From contig JAMLHN010000012.1 of assembly GCA_023957115.1 (NCBI GenBank), positions 30,829-94,828 of the forward strand: a stretch of DNA of 64,000 nt, in the 5' to 3' direction. Below are positions 19,698-29,399 of this stretch, piece by piece. Numbering within the stretch: the first letter of the stretch is position 1; every line of letters begins with the position of its first letter. The notes below the pieces were generated by a model. It ran no database searches and was not told where the DNA came from. It was given only the letters and a program-made list of their open reading frames with translations. The position numbers and the translations under genes were made by a program. The DNA comes from Thermomicrobiales bacterium. GTDB lineage: Bacteria > Chloroflexota > Chloroflexia > Thermomicrobiales > UBA6265.

Positions 19698-20627
19698 TCA
19701 AGACCGCCTCAGGTGCGGGTCGAAGATGTCCCGCAACCCGTCGCCGAGCGTATTCAGCCCCAATACGATCAGCGCAATGGTCATACCGGGCAGGATTGCG
19801 ACCCAGGGGTTGACATAGAGAAAGTTGCGTCCTTCCGAGATCATCTGGCCGAGACTCGGGGTCGGCGGTTGCGCACCGAGCCCGATGAACGCAAGCCCGG
19901 CTTCGGCAATGACCGTGACGGCGATGTAATACGAGGCCATCACCAGCGAGGTGCCGAGCATATTGGGAACCAGATGCCGGACGATTATTTTCCAGGAGGG
20001 GACGCCGAGCGCCCGGGCCGCTTCGATGAACGCCCGCTCCTTCAGTGAGATGACCTGGGCTCGTACGATGCGGGCAAAACCTGCCCAGTTGACGACGCTG
20101 ATCGCGAGGATCACCGCGGTGAGTCCGGGCTTGAGCGCGCCGACAAAGATCACCGCCACGAGGATTACCGGGAAACCCCAGACGAGATCGATAAAGGCAG
20201 AGATCACCCGGTCGACGATCCCGCCCGCGTATCCGGCCAAGGCGCCCAGGATCATCCCAAAGAACATCGAGATGATGGTGACCGCCAAACCGGTGAAGAG
20301 TGACACCGCGGTGCCGGCTGCGATGCGCCACATCATGTCACGACCGAACTGATCGGTGCCCAACGGAAATCCGGGAGACAGTGGCCGAAGCAATGTCTCT
20401 CGCAGGCGCTGATCGATATAGAGGTCGCTCCATCCCGGTACGAACATGATTGCCGCGCCGATGCATGCGACGACCAGGAAGAAGAACGTCAGGAATGCGC
20501 CCAGGACTGCCAGTTTATTGGCCAGAAACGGGGCCAACCGTTCTCCCCACGTCAAGCCGGGTGCGACCGCAACGACCGCTTCGATTGGAGCCTCGGGGGG
20601 GAGAGAGGAACTGTCGAACGCCGTCAT
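19698..20627 (-). CDS. DppC-like ABC permease
   Basis: MTAFDSSSLPPE... start shares 1 nt with the upstream stop (TGATG). Loop LKERAFIEAARALGVPSWKIIVRHLVPN. Confidence 0.9.
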   Translation of the reverse strand: MTAFDSSSLPPEAPIEAVVAVAPGLTWGERLAPFLANKLAVLGAFLTFFFLVVACIGAAIMFVPGWSDLYIDQRLRETLLRPLSPGFPLGTDQFGRDMMWRIAAGTAVSLFTGLAVTIISMFFGMILGALAGYAGGIVDRVISAFIDLVWGFPVILVAVIFVGALKPGLTAVILAISVVNWAGFARIVRAQVISLKERAFIEAARALGVPSWKIIVRHLVPNMLGTSLVMASYYIAVTVIAEAGLAFIGLGAQPPTPSLGQMISEGRNFLYVNPWVAILPGMTIALIVLGLNTLGDGLRDIFDPHLRRS

Positions 20628-21556
20628 CAGGCTCCTGCCTTCCCGCGTGTCCGTGGGTCGGCCCACTGCTGGAGCAGGTCGGCCAGCGCGTTGAAGATGA
20701 TGACTGCGGCGGTCAGCAGGATTGCCAGCGTTTGCGCCACCGTATAGTCACGCTTGAGAACCGCGTTGACCAATTGATACCCGAGCCCTGGCCAGCGGAA
20801 AATCGTCTCCACGATCAGGGTATACCCGAGCAAGGTCCGCATCATGATCCCGGCGAGCGCAATCACGGGCGGCAGCGAGTTGCGCAGAACATGCAACCAG
20901 AGAATACGCCGGTTGGACAGTCCCTTGGCTTTGAGGGTGCGAACATAGTCGCGGCCGAGCTCCTCGAGAACCGACGAGCGAACAACGCGGAGATTGATCG
21001 CCAGCGCCTCTGCGGCAAGGACCAGGGCCGGCATGATGATGTGTTTCGGAGTTTCGTACCCGGCCACCGGCAACCAGCCCAGCCGAACGGTAAAGAGCTG
21101 GATAAGGAGCACCGCCAGGAAGAAATTGGGAATACCCATACCAATGACGGCGATGAGCATCGTCCCTTGATCGAAGAGTGAATTGCGTTTCCACGCGGCC
21201 AACGCGCCGAGCGGAATGGCCAGTCCGATACTCAACAAGAAGGCAAGGACCGCGAGCCTGAGGGTATAGCTTGCCGACGTTCGAAGAATCTCCGATATCG
21301 GTTCGCCGGTAACCAGAGACACTCCGAGGTTGCCCGAGAGCAACTCCCGCATGTAGGTGCCGTACTGCACGAAAACAGGGCGATTGAGGCCGAGGTCTTC
21401 CCGGATTCGCTCGACCGTCATTTGCCCGGTCGGATGGCTGGCCAGAACTTCTGCGACGTCCCCGGGCGCCAGCCGCATGCCATAGAAGACAAGAAACGAC
21501 GCCGCGATCAGCAGCAGGACCGCATAGAGGCTGCGATAGACAATGGTTCTGGCCAT
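20627..21556 (-). CDS. DppB-like ABC permease
   Basis: 309 aa, MARTIVYRSLYAVLLLIAASFLVFYGMRLAPGD..., C-terminal ALADLLQQWADPR. Confidence 0.9.
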   Translation of the reverse strand: MARTIVYRSLYAVLLLIAASFLVFYGMRLAPGDVAEVLASHPTGQMTVERIREDLGLNRPVFVQYGTYMRELLSGNLGVSLVTGEPISEILRTSASYTLRLAVLAFLLSIGLAIPLGALAAWKRNSLFDQGTMLIAVIGMGIPNFFLAVLLIQLFTVRLGWLPVAGYETPKHIIMPALVLAAEALAINLRVVRSSVLEELGRDYVRTLKAKGLSNRRILWLHVLRNSLPPVIALAGIMMRTLLGYTLIVETIFRWPGLGYQLVNAVLKRDYTVAQTLAILLTAAVIIFNALADLLQQWADPRTRGKAGA

Positions 21557-21643
21557 AGATCAATGTGCCCCTGCGTCCGGGACGATAAACGCGAGCGTGC
21601 CCGGCGGTCGCCAGTTGGGCGGCCGGGCACGCTCGATAGTCTG

Positions 21644-23326
21644 CTACTGCTCGATCCAGACGTCGTTGAAGAGCGGGTAGAGCATCGACTGTGACGGGGT
21701 AAATCCGTGCACATTGGTCCGGTTGACCCAGACGCCATTCGCCGTTACGACCGGAATCTTGGTCAACTGCTCAGCCCATTCCAGCTGCGCGCGGCTGGCG
21801 GCGTCGATCAGCTCTTCCTCGGAGGCAGCTGTCTGCCAATCGGTAAAGGCCTGGTCGAGCTCCGGCGTCACCCCGTTGTACGCGGCGCTGGGCAGAATGC
21901 GGCCGAAGATAATGAGCACGTCCATTGGTGATGACCAAAGCCATTCCTGGCTCCAGGACGCCGGCTCCGCCGATCGCGCCTCGCCGAACGCGGCGAGCTC
22001 GAGATTCTCGTTGAGCATCTCGGCGCCGATCTCCCGCAGATTCTCGGAAATGATCTCCATGATCGGCTGATTGAACGGCTGATTCGCAAAGTTGATGTTG
22101 GTCCAGGAGAGCTTGACGCCATCCTTCTCACGAATGCCGTCGGATCCTTCGGTCCAACCGGCTTCATCGAGCAATGACTTTGACAGCTCCGGATCGAATG
22201 CGTTGAACTCCTCGACCCCTGGCTCGTACCATTTCCAGTTCGAGGCAATCGGTCCTTGCGTTGGCGTCGCGTGCCCGAAGTAAACCGCCTGAGCGATGCC
22301 TTCGCGGTCGATCGCATGCGAGATCGCCTGGCGAACGCGAATGTCGTCGAAGCCGAGGCTCGTGTCCTGGTGGTTGAGCGAAAGGATCACGTTGGACGGC
22401 TGCGGGATCTCGACCACGACCAGGTCGGGATTCGCCGCCAGCCGGTCGACGTCCTGTCCGCCGGGATTCGTGACCACGTCGACATTGCCCGACTCGATTT
22501 CGATCGCCCGGTTGCCCGCTTCCAGAATCGGAACGAAACGAACTTCGTCGACGTAGGCTGGCCCGTTGTTCTGCAGGAACTCGATATTGCTCCCGTGGTA
22601 CTCGGGCCACTTGGTCAGCAGGCACTCCTGCCCAGGAGCAAAATTGGTCAACGTGAAGGGGCCGGTCCCATCGGCCCCGGTGGCTCCGAAGGAATCGCCC
22701 AGCTCTTCACGGACGGCCGGGTTGTATGGCATCGAGTATTCGGTCGCCAGTGTCTCCGGAAATGCCGCAAAGGGTGCGGACGTCGTCACCACGACGACAT
22801 TGCCGTCGGCTGCCTGTACGTCTGTGACAGTGGCCCAGAAGATCGCATTCTGACCCTGCTCGGGATCGCGGAAAACATTGAAATTCGCCGCGACAATCTC
22901 CGCTGTCAGCGGCTCGCCGGACTGAAAGGTGAGACCTTCACGGATATTGAGGCGCCACTCCAGGCCATCCTCGGAGACTTCCCAGGATTCAGCCAGCGCA
23001 GCGACCGGAAGGCCGGTTTCCGGATGACGAATCATCGTGTACTCATAAAGGGCGTTATACCCCGGATCGGCCCAGCCGCTCGCCACCGGATCGAGTTTGT
23101 TCACGTCGCGGTCGTAACCCCAAGTGAAGCGTCCCCCCATCTGGGGTTCGGCGTCCTGGGCCGCGGCCATCTGCGGAGTTGCGGCTGCCAGCATGCCTGC
23201 CGCAGCAGAAGCGCCAACCCCGAGTGCAGCTGCCCGGGTGAGAAACTGCCTCCTGCTTACGCGCGAACGAGCAAAATCCTCCACGAGTACTGCGAGCGCA
23301 CGCTCATTCCGTAGATCTGCTGTCAC
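21644..23326 (-). CDS. Family-5 (peptide/nickel) ABC substrate-binding protein, Tat-type signal
   Basis: GTG at 23326 is 6 nt after GAGAGGAG. SRRQFLTRAAALGVGASAAAGMLAA twin-arginine leader; SBP_bac_5-like body. Confidence 0.9.
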   Translation of the reverse strand: MTADLRNERALAVLVEDFARSRVSRRQFLTRAAALGVGASAAAGMLAAATPQMAAAQDAEPQMGGRFTWGYDRDVNKLDPVASGWADPGYNALYEYTMIRHPETGLPVAALAESWEVSEDGLEWRLNIREGLTFQSGEPLTAEIVAANFNVFRDPEQGQNAIFWATVTDVQAADGNVVVVTTSAPFAAFPETLATEYSMPYNPAVREELGDSFGATGADGTGPFTLTNFAPGQECLLTKWPEYHGSNIEFLQNNGPAYVDEVRFVPILEAGNRAIEIESGNVDVVTNPGGQDVDRLAANPDLVVVEIPQPSNVILSLNHQDTSLGFDDIRVRQAISHAIDREGIAQAVYFGHATPTQGPIASNWKWYEPGVEEFNAFDPELSKSLLDEAGWTEGSDGIREKDGVKLSWTNINFANQPFNQPIMEIISENLREIGAEMLNENLELAAFGEARSAEPASWSQEWLWSSPMDVLIIFGRILPSAAYNGVTPELDQAFTDWQTAASEEELIDAASRAQLEWAEQLTKIPVVTANGVWVNRTNVHGFTPSQSMLYPLFNDVWIEQ

Positions 23327-23416
23327 CGAAGACTCCTCTCTGATCCACAGTGACCGAGCACCTGCCGGCCACACTGCAACGAACCCGGAATCCAATACCG
23401 TACGATGTGATCTTGT

Positions 23417-23427
23417 TATAAATTATA
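23417..23427 (-). promoter_or_regulatory. AT-rich 5-1-5 palindrome TATAA-A-TTATA overlapping a perfect TATAAT -10 (minus strand); candidate GntR operator/promoter for the dpp-like operon
   Basis: Minus strand reads GTATAATTTATAAC. It lies in the 150-nt gap between the GntR stop and the SBP start. A similar palindrome occurs at 24259-24269. Confidence 0.4.
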
Positions 23428-23476
23428 CGGACCGCGCGAAAAACACAACTCCACGCGAACTCGGACTTTGGTGCGG

Positions 23477-24148
23477 TTACCCGGGTTGCGCGGCCCGTTC
23501 GACCATTTCATCGAAATCGAGCGACATGATGGCCATCGAACTCTCAAGATGATCGCGGAGCGCCGTGGCCGCCCCGTCGGCGTCTCCTCGTTCCATGGCC
23601 GCCAGTATCCGTTCATGCTCGGCGACGACCTCTCGATGAGTCACGCGCGTCTCGACCTGCCGCCGGTAGCGGTCGGTATGGTCCCAAACGCTGGAGATAA
23701 GTCTCATGAGCCAGCGCGAGCCGGACGGCTCATAGAGCATCAGATGAAAACGGCGATGGTCGTCATAAAGCACCACCCCCTTCTTGGCTTTTTGCCGGCC
23801 GAGCTTCTCGTTGATCTTGCGTGCTGTCGCGATCACCTGCGGCGTGGTATTGGGCACCGCCTGCCGGAGGGCCTCTGTTTCGAGAATGAGCCGGGTGCGG
23901 TAGACGTCGAGCATGTCCTCCTTGGAGAACGGAGCGACCCTGGCGCCCTTGTTCTGAAGGATGTCCACGAACCCCTCCGCTTCGAGCAGGCGAAGGGCCT
24001 CTCGAACGGGGATCATGCTGACCCCATTTCGCGCGGCCAGATCCTGCAAGCGAAGCGGAACGCCAGGCGCAAGCTCTCCAGAGACGATGTCGTGACGAGT
24101 TTGCCGATAAACGAGCTCGACGGAACTGGTCAGGTCACTTCCCGGCAT
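23477..24148 (-). CDS. GntR-family regulator (FadR/FCD subfamily)
   Basis: 223 aa; wHTH LRLQDLAARNGVSMIPVREALRLLEAEGFV plus a C-terminal all-helical FCD-like domain. Confidence 0.9.
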   Translation of the reverse strand: MPGSDLTSSVELVYRQTRHDIVSGELAPGVPLRLQDLAARNGVSMIPVREALRLLEAEGFVDILQNKGARVAPFSKEDMLDVYRTRLILETEALRQAVPNTTPQVIATARKINEKLGRQKAKKGVVLYDDHRRFHLMLYEPSGSRWLMRLISSVWDHTDRYRRQVETRVTHREVVAEHERILAAMERGDADGAATALRDHLESSMAIMSLDFDEMVERAAQPG

Positions 24149-24239
24149 GATTCACCCCTTCGAGCGCCGGTGCTTCGATCCGGCCAGGTGTCAGCATTCC
24201 GATACGAGCGCACCCCAAAACGGGAAGCTCCAGGGTGAC

Positions 24240-24269
24240 TTGAATTCAGAATGCTGCTATATATTATAT
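24240..24269 (+). promoter_or_regulatory. Promoter candidate (TTGAAT-N16-TATTAT) with overlapping palindrome ATATA-T-TATAT; candidate GntR operator in the divergent intergenic region
   Basis: -35 at 24240-24245, -10 at 24262-24267, palindrome at 24259-24269. It is an AT island in GC-rich DNA between the divergent GntR and MBL genes. Confidence 0.4.
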
Positions 24270-24324
24270 CATTGCACACTTGGTCCATTTGCCGGGACCA
24301 ACGGACGTCGCCGGCAAATCCACT

Positions 24325-25113
24325 ATGCCACGAACGCTGGTCATTCGGCAGGGGAGAAACACCGTGCGCCTGACACCAGATGTCTGTCTTGTTGGCGGAG
24401 GTCGATTTGGGTTCAGCTTGACTTCCCCGGGAGACTGCCACGTCTACCTCCTGGATGGAGGAGACGATCTTGCCCTGATCGATGCCGGTATCGGCGGCGT
24501 AGCGGGCGATCCCGAGCTGATCCTGCGGGAGATCCGGCGGGATGGCTACGACCCTGCGCGCATCGCCCATCTCTTCCTCACCCATTACCATACCGATCAT
24601 ATGGGCGGCGCGGCTCAGTTGCGAGCGTTGCTCGGTTGCGAGGTGCATGGATCGCCGTTGACGGCACGAACCCTGCAGGCGGGAGACGAGCGCCAGATCA
24701 GCCTTCCCGAGGCGAAGCGAGCAGGGTACTTCCCCGAAGACTATGTCCTGCATTCCTGCCCGTGCGCCGGGGACCTGACTGAGGGGGATACCCTCGCCGT
24801 CGGCAATCTCAGCTTGCGTGTGATCGAAACCCCCGGTCACGCCGCCGGCCATGTCTCATTCCTGGTCGAGGGGGGCGCCAAGACGTACCTGCTCCAAGGG
24901 GATGTCATTTTCTTTGGTGGCACGGTCTTCCTGCAGAACACACACGACTGCTCGATCCAGGAGTACGCTCAGAGTGTCGACAAGCTTGCGGAGCTCGATT
25001 TCGACGCCCACTTGCCCGGTCACCTGGGAATTTCGCTCGACGACGGCAAGCGCCACATCATGGCAGCCAAAGCCACCTTCGATGCGCTCGGCGTGCCGAA
25101 AAATCTCGTGTAG
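24325..25113 (+). CDS. MBL-fold metallo-hydrolase
   Basis: HxHxDH motif (LTHYHTDHMGG), later TPGHAAGH. Start MPRTLVIRQG preferred over the TTG at 24280. Confidence 0.85.
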   Translation: MPRTLVIRQGRNTVRLTPDVCLVGGGRFGFSLTSPGDCHVYLLDGGDDLALIDAGIGGVAGDPELILREIRRDGYDPARIAHLFLTHYHTDHMGGAAQLRALLGCEVHGSPLTARTLQAGDERQISLPEAKRAGYFPEDYVLHSCPCAGDLTEGDTLAVGNLSLRVIETPGHAAGHVSFLVEGGAKTYLLQGDVIFFGGTVFLQNTHDCSIQEYAQSVDKLAELDFDAHLPGHLGISLDDGKRHIMAAKATFDALGVPKNLV

Positions 25114-25182
25114 CGAAAACGCGATTGCTGATATTGTCCCGCAGGATCTGCCAGGAACTGCGCCGTGCGCAGGAGGAACGAG

Positions 25183-25677
25183 ATGTCGGAGAACGAAAAG
25201 AACAACGTCGATTGGCGCGGCAAAATCGGAGGGATGGACCCGGACGAGGTCACCTCGTTCCTGAACGAGGGTATTCTGGCGCGGCTGGCGACGCTTGACG
25301 CCAATGGCTATCCCTACATCGTGCCGATCTGGTTCGAGTGGGAACCGGAAGAGGGCATCTTCTGGATCATTGCCCGTGAAAAGAGCAAGTGGGCAAAGAT
25401 GATTCTCGACAACCCAAAGGTCGCGCTCAGCATCGACGAGGACTCTTCGCCGCTACGCAAGGTCTTCCTCCAGGGCCGGGCCGAGCTGGTCGAGGAGCCG
25501 AACGTAGGCGGAGCCTGGGTTCCGATCGCGCAGCGGATGTCGGTTCGGTACTTGGGGGAGCGTGGTCCCGACTACCTCGTTCCGAAGCTTGGGAACAACC
25601 GCTGGCTCTTTCGGATTGTTCCGGACAACTTTGTCACCTGGTCTGGCGTCGACTGGCACGATCGCTACAAGTCGTGA
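25183..25677 (+). CDS. Pyridoxamine 5-phosphate oxidase (PPOX)-class flavin/deazaflavin-binding protein
   Basis: AGGAGGA RBS. ILARLATLDANGYPYIVPIWFEW...VALSID split-barrel pattern. Confidence 0.75.
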   Translation: MSENEKNNVDWRGKIGGMDPDEVTSFLNEGILARLATLDANGYPYIVPIWFEWEPEEGIFWIIAREKSKWAKMILDNPKVALSIDEDSSPLRKVFLQGRAELVEEPNVGGAWVPIAQRMSVRYLGERGPDYLVPKLGNNRWLFRIVPDNFVTWSGVDWHDRYKS

Positions 25678-25844
25678 TGTGGGGAGGGGTGTCGACGGAT
25701 GATCCCCGCTCGTTGATGGTACGGCGTTATGGAATGCGACAGAACAACAGCGGCGCCGCGCGAAGCGCCATATCGCCCAATCCTGTCCGGCGGCCTTAGA
25801 TCGTTGAGCCGCGCATGATTTCTCGGTCTCTCGCCTCATCGTAA

Positions 25845-27377
25845 ATGGATACTTCCATGATCTTGCACGAAGGGTTCGACTATCCATTCAGTCGTCTCGA
25901 CCCGCACGGCGCTCACATCGATCCGCCGAGCGTGGCGATTTACGAGACTGTGGTGGCAAAGGGGCCGGATGGTCAGGCGCATCCGGCCCTTGCCGATCGC
26001 TGGGAGATCTCCGAGGACAAGCTCACCTGGCGCTTCCACATTCGGGACGGGCTTCGTTTTCATTCTGGCGATCCCTGCGACGCGCCCGCCATCCTTCGCG
26101 CGCTTGAAGGACTGCGCTGGGGCTTTCATGGTGGCCGTCAGCTCTGGTATTGGGATGCGGTCGACAAGGTCTTCGCAGACGGCCAGGACACACTCGTCTT
26201 CACCTTGCACCATCCCTACGTCCGGCTCCCATCCCTCCTTTGGGGAACGCACACGGCGATCTATAACGAGGCTCGCCGTGCCGCGGATCCCGACGGCTCG
26301 GGATACACCTTCGCCGATGGAACCGGACCCTTCCGCCTCGTGAGTCACAGCGATGACAAAGTCGTCGCCAAGCGCTGGGTTGATTATCCAACCCCACCGG
26401 CTCGCTTCCTGCACGCCTCGGCCAGGTCGGGCGCCCTCGTCGACCGGATCGAATGGACCAAGGTGCTGGAACCCGCGGAACGGGTGGCGGCACTCGAACG
26501 GGGCGAGCTCGATTGTATTCATGGACCGGATTACGAGGATGTGGCCCGGCTCGAGGCCGACGATCGCTTTCGCGTGATCCGGTTCAGCCAGGCGTCGAAT
26601 GCCTATCTTGGCCTGAACTGGGATCGCACCGATCTCGGTTTTGACGATATTCGCGTTCGACGGGCGATTGCGTCCGCTATCGACCGTGACGAGCTGGTTC
26701 GCAAAGCGGTGCTCGGGTATGGCAGTGGAACGTGGGGGCCGATTTCTCCGGGTGGCGAGTTTTACGATCCCATCGTCGAGCAGGGGCGCCGCTTTGACCC
26801 TGTGGAAGCCGCGGCATTGCTCGATGCGGCTGGCTGGACGCTCGGCGAAGACGGAATCCGGATCAAGAACGACGTTCGCCTGGCCTTCGAATGTGTCATT
26901 CAGGATGACACCATCCACAGGCGCATCGCTGAAGGGCTCCGTGACCAGCTTCGCGCCATCGGCGTACTTCTCCAGCTCAAACCCGTCATCAGTTTCAAGG
27001 GCTTCTACGAAACGGTGCTGTCTGGACCGGCCAGCTTCATCAACAAGTGGCTGTGGCAGGATCCGGTCGATGCGGCCATCGGGTTCACCGCCTCGTGGGG
27101 TGCTCCGCGTCCAAACTGGCAGCATGCGTCGATCCCTGAGCTCGATGACGCCTATCGCGAGTGGCTTCGGGCCGAAGCCGATGATCTTCAACGCGCTGCG
27201 ACCAGAATCCAGCTCATCTGTGCCGACCAGCTTCCCTATATTCCACTGCTCGTTCCTCAGGATGTCTATGTTCGTCGGGTCGGCGTACACGGTTGGAATC
27301 CGGCGCAGGCAATGCTCTACCCCTTCTACCATCGAGTTTCGATCGAATCCTCATTCGAAGCGAAAGGACGCGACTGA
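25845..27377 (+). CDS. Family-5 solute-binding-protein homolog lacking any signal peptide
   Basis: 510 aa with an SBP_bac_5-like body (ALADRWEISEDKLTWRFHIRDGLRFHSGDP...). An in-frame TAA lies immediately upstream of the ATG, so no leader is possible. No adjacent permeases. Confidence 0.8.
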   Translation: MDTSMILHEGFDYPFSRLDPHGAHIDPPSVAIYETVVAKGPDGQAHPALADRWEISEDKLTWRFHIRDGLRFHSGDPCDAPAILRALEGLRWGFHGGRQLWYWDAVDKVFADGQDTLVFTLHHPYVRLPSLLWGTHTAIYNEARRAADPDGSGYTFADGTGPFRLVSHSDDKVVAKRWVDYPTPPARFLHASARSGALVDRIEWTKVLEPAERVAALERGELDCIHGPDYEDVARLEADDRFRVIRFSQASNAYLGLNWDRTDLGFDDIRVRRAIASAIDRDELVRKAVLGYGSGTWGPISPGGEFYDPIVEQGRRFDPVEAAALLDAAGWTLGEDGIRIKNDVRLAFECVIQDDTIHRRIAEGLRDQLRAIGVLLQLKPVISFKGFYETVLSGPASFINKWLWQDPVDAAIGFTASWGAPRPNWQHASIPELDDAYREWLRAEADDLQRAATRIQLICADQLPYIPLLVPQDVYVRRVGVHGWNPAQAMLYPFYHRVSIESSFEAKGRD

Positions 27378-28171
27378 TGACAGGACCAAGACTGGCGGGA
27401 CGAACCGCCCTGATCACCGGCGGCGGCAGCGGATTCGGCCGGGCAACCGCTCGCCGATTCGTCGAGGAAGGCGCAACCAAAATCGTTCTGGCAGACATCC
27501 GGCTCGAATCGGCCGAGGCGGTGAAAGCCGAGATCGAGGCGCTTGGCGCCGAGGCGTTGGCGCTGCAATGTGACGTTGGGACGAAGGAAAACTGCGACAA
27601 GCTGATGGACGATACGCTGGCTTGGCTGGACGACAAGCTGGACATTCTGGTCAGCAATGCCGCTCCATTCCACGGTCCGCAGCCCTTTCTCGAATTCACG
27701 GATGACTTCTGGTTCTCGGATATCAACGTCCAGCTCAATGCTGCGTTTTTCCTCGGTCGCCGGGCCGCACGGGCCATGGTCGCCTCGGGCGGAGGATCGA
27801 TTCTCTATACGACATCGATCAACGCCGAAGGAGCGGGCGCCCAATTCGCCTCCTACGTCGCGGCGAAGTCAGGTATCGCCGGATTGATCAAGGTGATGGC
27901 GGTCGAGCTTGCGGAACACAACATTCGGGTCAACGGCGTCGGCCCAGGCCCCGCCGATACGCCGCGCTCCGTGCAATTGGTTGGTGAAGAGACGATGGAC
28001 GAGTTTCGCAAGAAGTTCCCGATCGTGCCGATGAATCGGTTGGCCGCCGCTGACGATATCGCCAACGCTTTTCTCTTCCTCGCGTCTGACGAAGCGTCCT
28101 ATATCACCGGTCAGAATCTGATGGTATGCGGAGGCGTTACGGCCTACGTCTACAACGTTCCAAAGGAATAG
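27377..28171 (+). CDS. Short-chain dehydrogenase/reductase (SDR)
   Basis: The ATG shares 1 nt with the upstream stop (TGATGA). TALITGGGSGFGRA Rossmann motif, YVAAK catalytic motif. Confidence 0.9.
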   Translation: MTGPRLAGRTALITGGGSGFGRATARRFVEEGATKIVLADIRLESAEAVKAEIEALGAEALALQCDVGTKENCDKLMDDTLAWLDDKLDILVSNAAPFHGPQPFLEFTDDFWFSDINVQLNAAFFLGRRAARAMVASGGGSILYTTSINAEGAGAQFASYVAAKSGIAGLIKVMAVELAEHNIRVNGVGPGPADTPRSVQLVGEETMDEFRKKFPIVPMNRLAAADDIANAFLFLASDEASYITGQNLMVCGGVTAYVYNVPKE

Positions 28172-28177
28172 CCAGCC

Positions 28178-28999
28178 ATGCCTCACGCAGACGTAAACGG
28201 CGCAAAGATCTACTACGAGATCAACGGCAGCGGCCCGCCAGTTATCCAGATTGGCGGCGCCGTCAATGGGCACGAGGGGTATGGTCTGATTACCCCATTG
28301 CTCACCGACACGTTCACGGTCATCGACTTCGACCACCGCGGCTACGGGCTGAGTGACCGTCCCGACCAGAAATACGGCATGGACGTCTGGGTTGATGATA
28401 TGGCGGGTCTGATCGACGCCCTCGGCTACGAGAAGCTGCACGTCCATGGCGGGTCGATGGGAGGGTTCATCGCGGTGCTCTTTGCCGCGAAATATCCAGA
28501 GAAAGTGGACAGACTCGTTTTCAACGGAGCGGTCGCCAAATGTGACTGGCTGGCGCGAACCAACTTCGATCTTTGGAAGCGAGTGGCGCACACGTTTGGG
28601 CTGGGTTCCGAAGAGCTGGCGCTGATGCTCCTGACGCACGCATTCAGCCGTGCCTACCTGGACGAGATGGTCACCAGCGGCAATCTGCATTCGCTTTCGT
28701 GGATGCAGGAATCGATTCTGCGTAATACCTCGCTCGAGGTCTTCAGCGATGCCTGTGATGCAATGATCACGACTGACGTGCGAGGTCTGCTGGGCAACAT
28801 CACCGCTCCAACCCTCGTTCTCCATGGCGACGAGGACTGGCTCACCCCGCTCGATTGCGGGCCAGACGGAGCTGGCGCTCGAGTCATTCACGAGGGCATC
28901 AACGGTTCTGAGCTGTACATCTTGAAGGGTTGCGGCCATGGCGTGTTGTTCGAGCGGCCGGAGGAAGCGGTGCGAGAGGTGGTCAGGTTTCTCTCGTAG
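28178..28999 (+). CDS. Alpha/beta hydrolase
   Basis: 273 aa; HGGSMGG nucleophile elbow; C-terminal GCGHGVLFERPEE. Confidence 0.88.
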   Translation: MPHADVNGAKIYYEINGSGPPVIQIGGAVNGHEGYGLITPLLTDTFTVIDFDHRGYGLSDRPDQKYGMDVWVDDMAGLIDALGYEKLHVHGGSMGGFIAVLFAAKYPEKVDRLVFNGAVAKCDWLARTNFDLWKRVAHTFGLGSEELALMLLTHAFSRAYLDEMVTSGNLHSLSWMQESILRNTSLEVFSDACDAMITTDVRGLLGNITAPTLVLHGDEDWLTPLDCGPDGAGARVIHEGINGSELYILKGCGHGVLFERPEEAVREVVRFLS

Positions 29000-29399
29000 A
29001 GTCCGACGCATTGCAATAGAGTGGCGAGAAAGAAACCCGGGTCGTGAAAGCGCCGCAGTCCTCGGTGAGCTTCTTCCTATAGGATTGAACGCATGCGCCG
29101 TTCGTCCGTCCGGCGATACGGTTCGTGCAAGATATGGCGCTGCTGCTGCTGAGAAACCCCGGTAGACTGCTCTGGTCTCAAGTGGAGTAGAATCTGCTCC
29201 CCCCTCATCTCAGACCACTTCAGGCAAGAGAGCCAGATCGCTTTCTCCGCTTGCCAGGTGAGGTTGAGTCCGGCCCTCGCGGTAACAGGGGCCCGTACGT
29301 TGCTTCATGAAAGGCGTACCTGCCGGTCACCAACCTGGGCCAGTAGTCTGGAAGTCGACTCGGGCCAGCGTAATTCCCCAGCGTTTCCCAGATCTTGGC

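Noticed and set aside
25836-27332. 498-aa minus-strand ORF
   Set aside because: It is antisense to the SBP5 homolog, which has a recognisable fold-level sequence pattern. The minus-strand ORF has no motifs.
27869-29011. 380-aa minus-strand ORF
   Set aside because: It is antisense to the SDR 3' end and the alpha/beta hydrolase (HGGSMGG). The translation has no motifs.
29157-29177. Partial match to the tRNA-Arg 3' end as an att direct repeat
   Set aside because: Only about 12 matching bases, and two gaps are needed. This is easily chance in GC-rich DNA. I mention it in the island finding as something to test, not as evidence.
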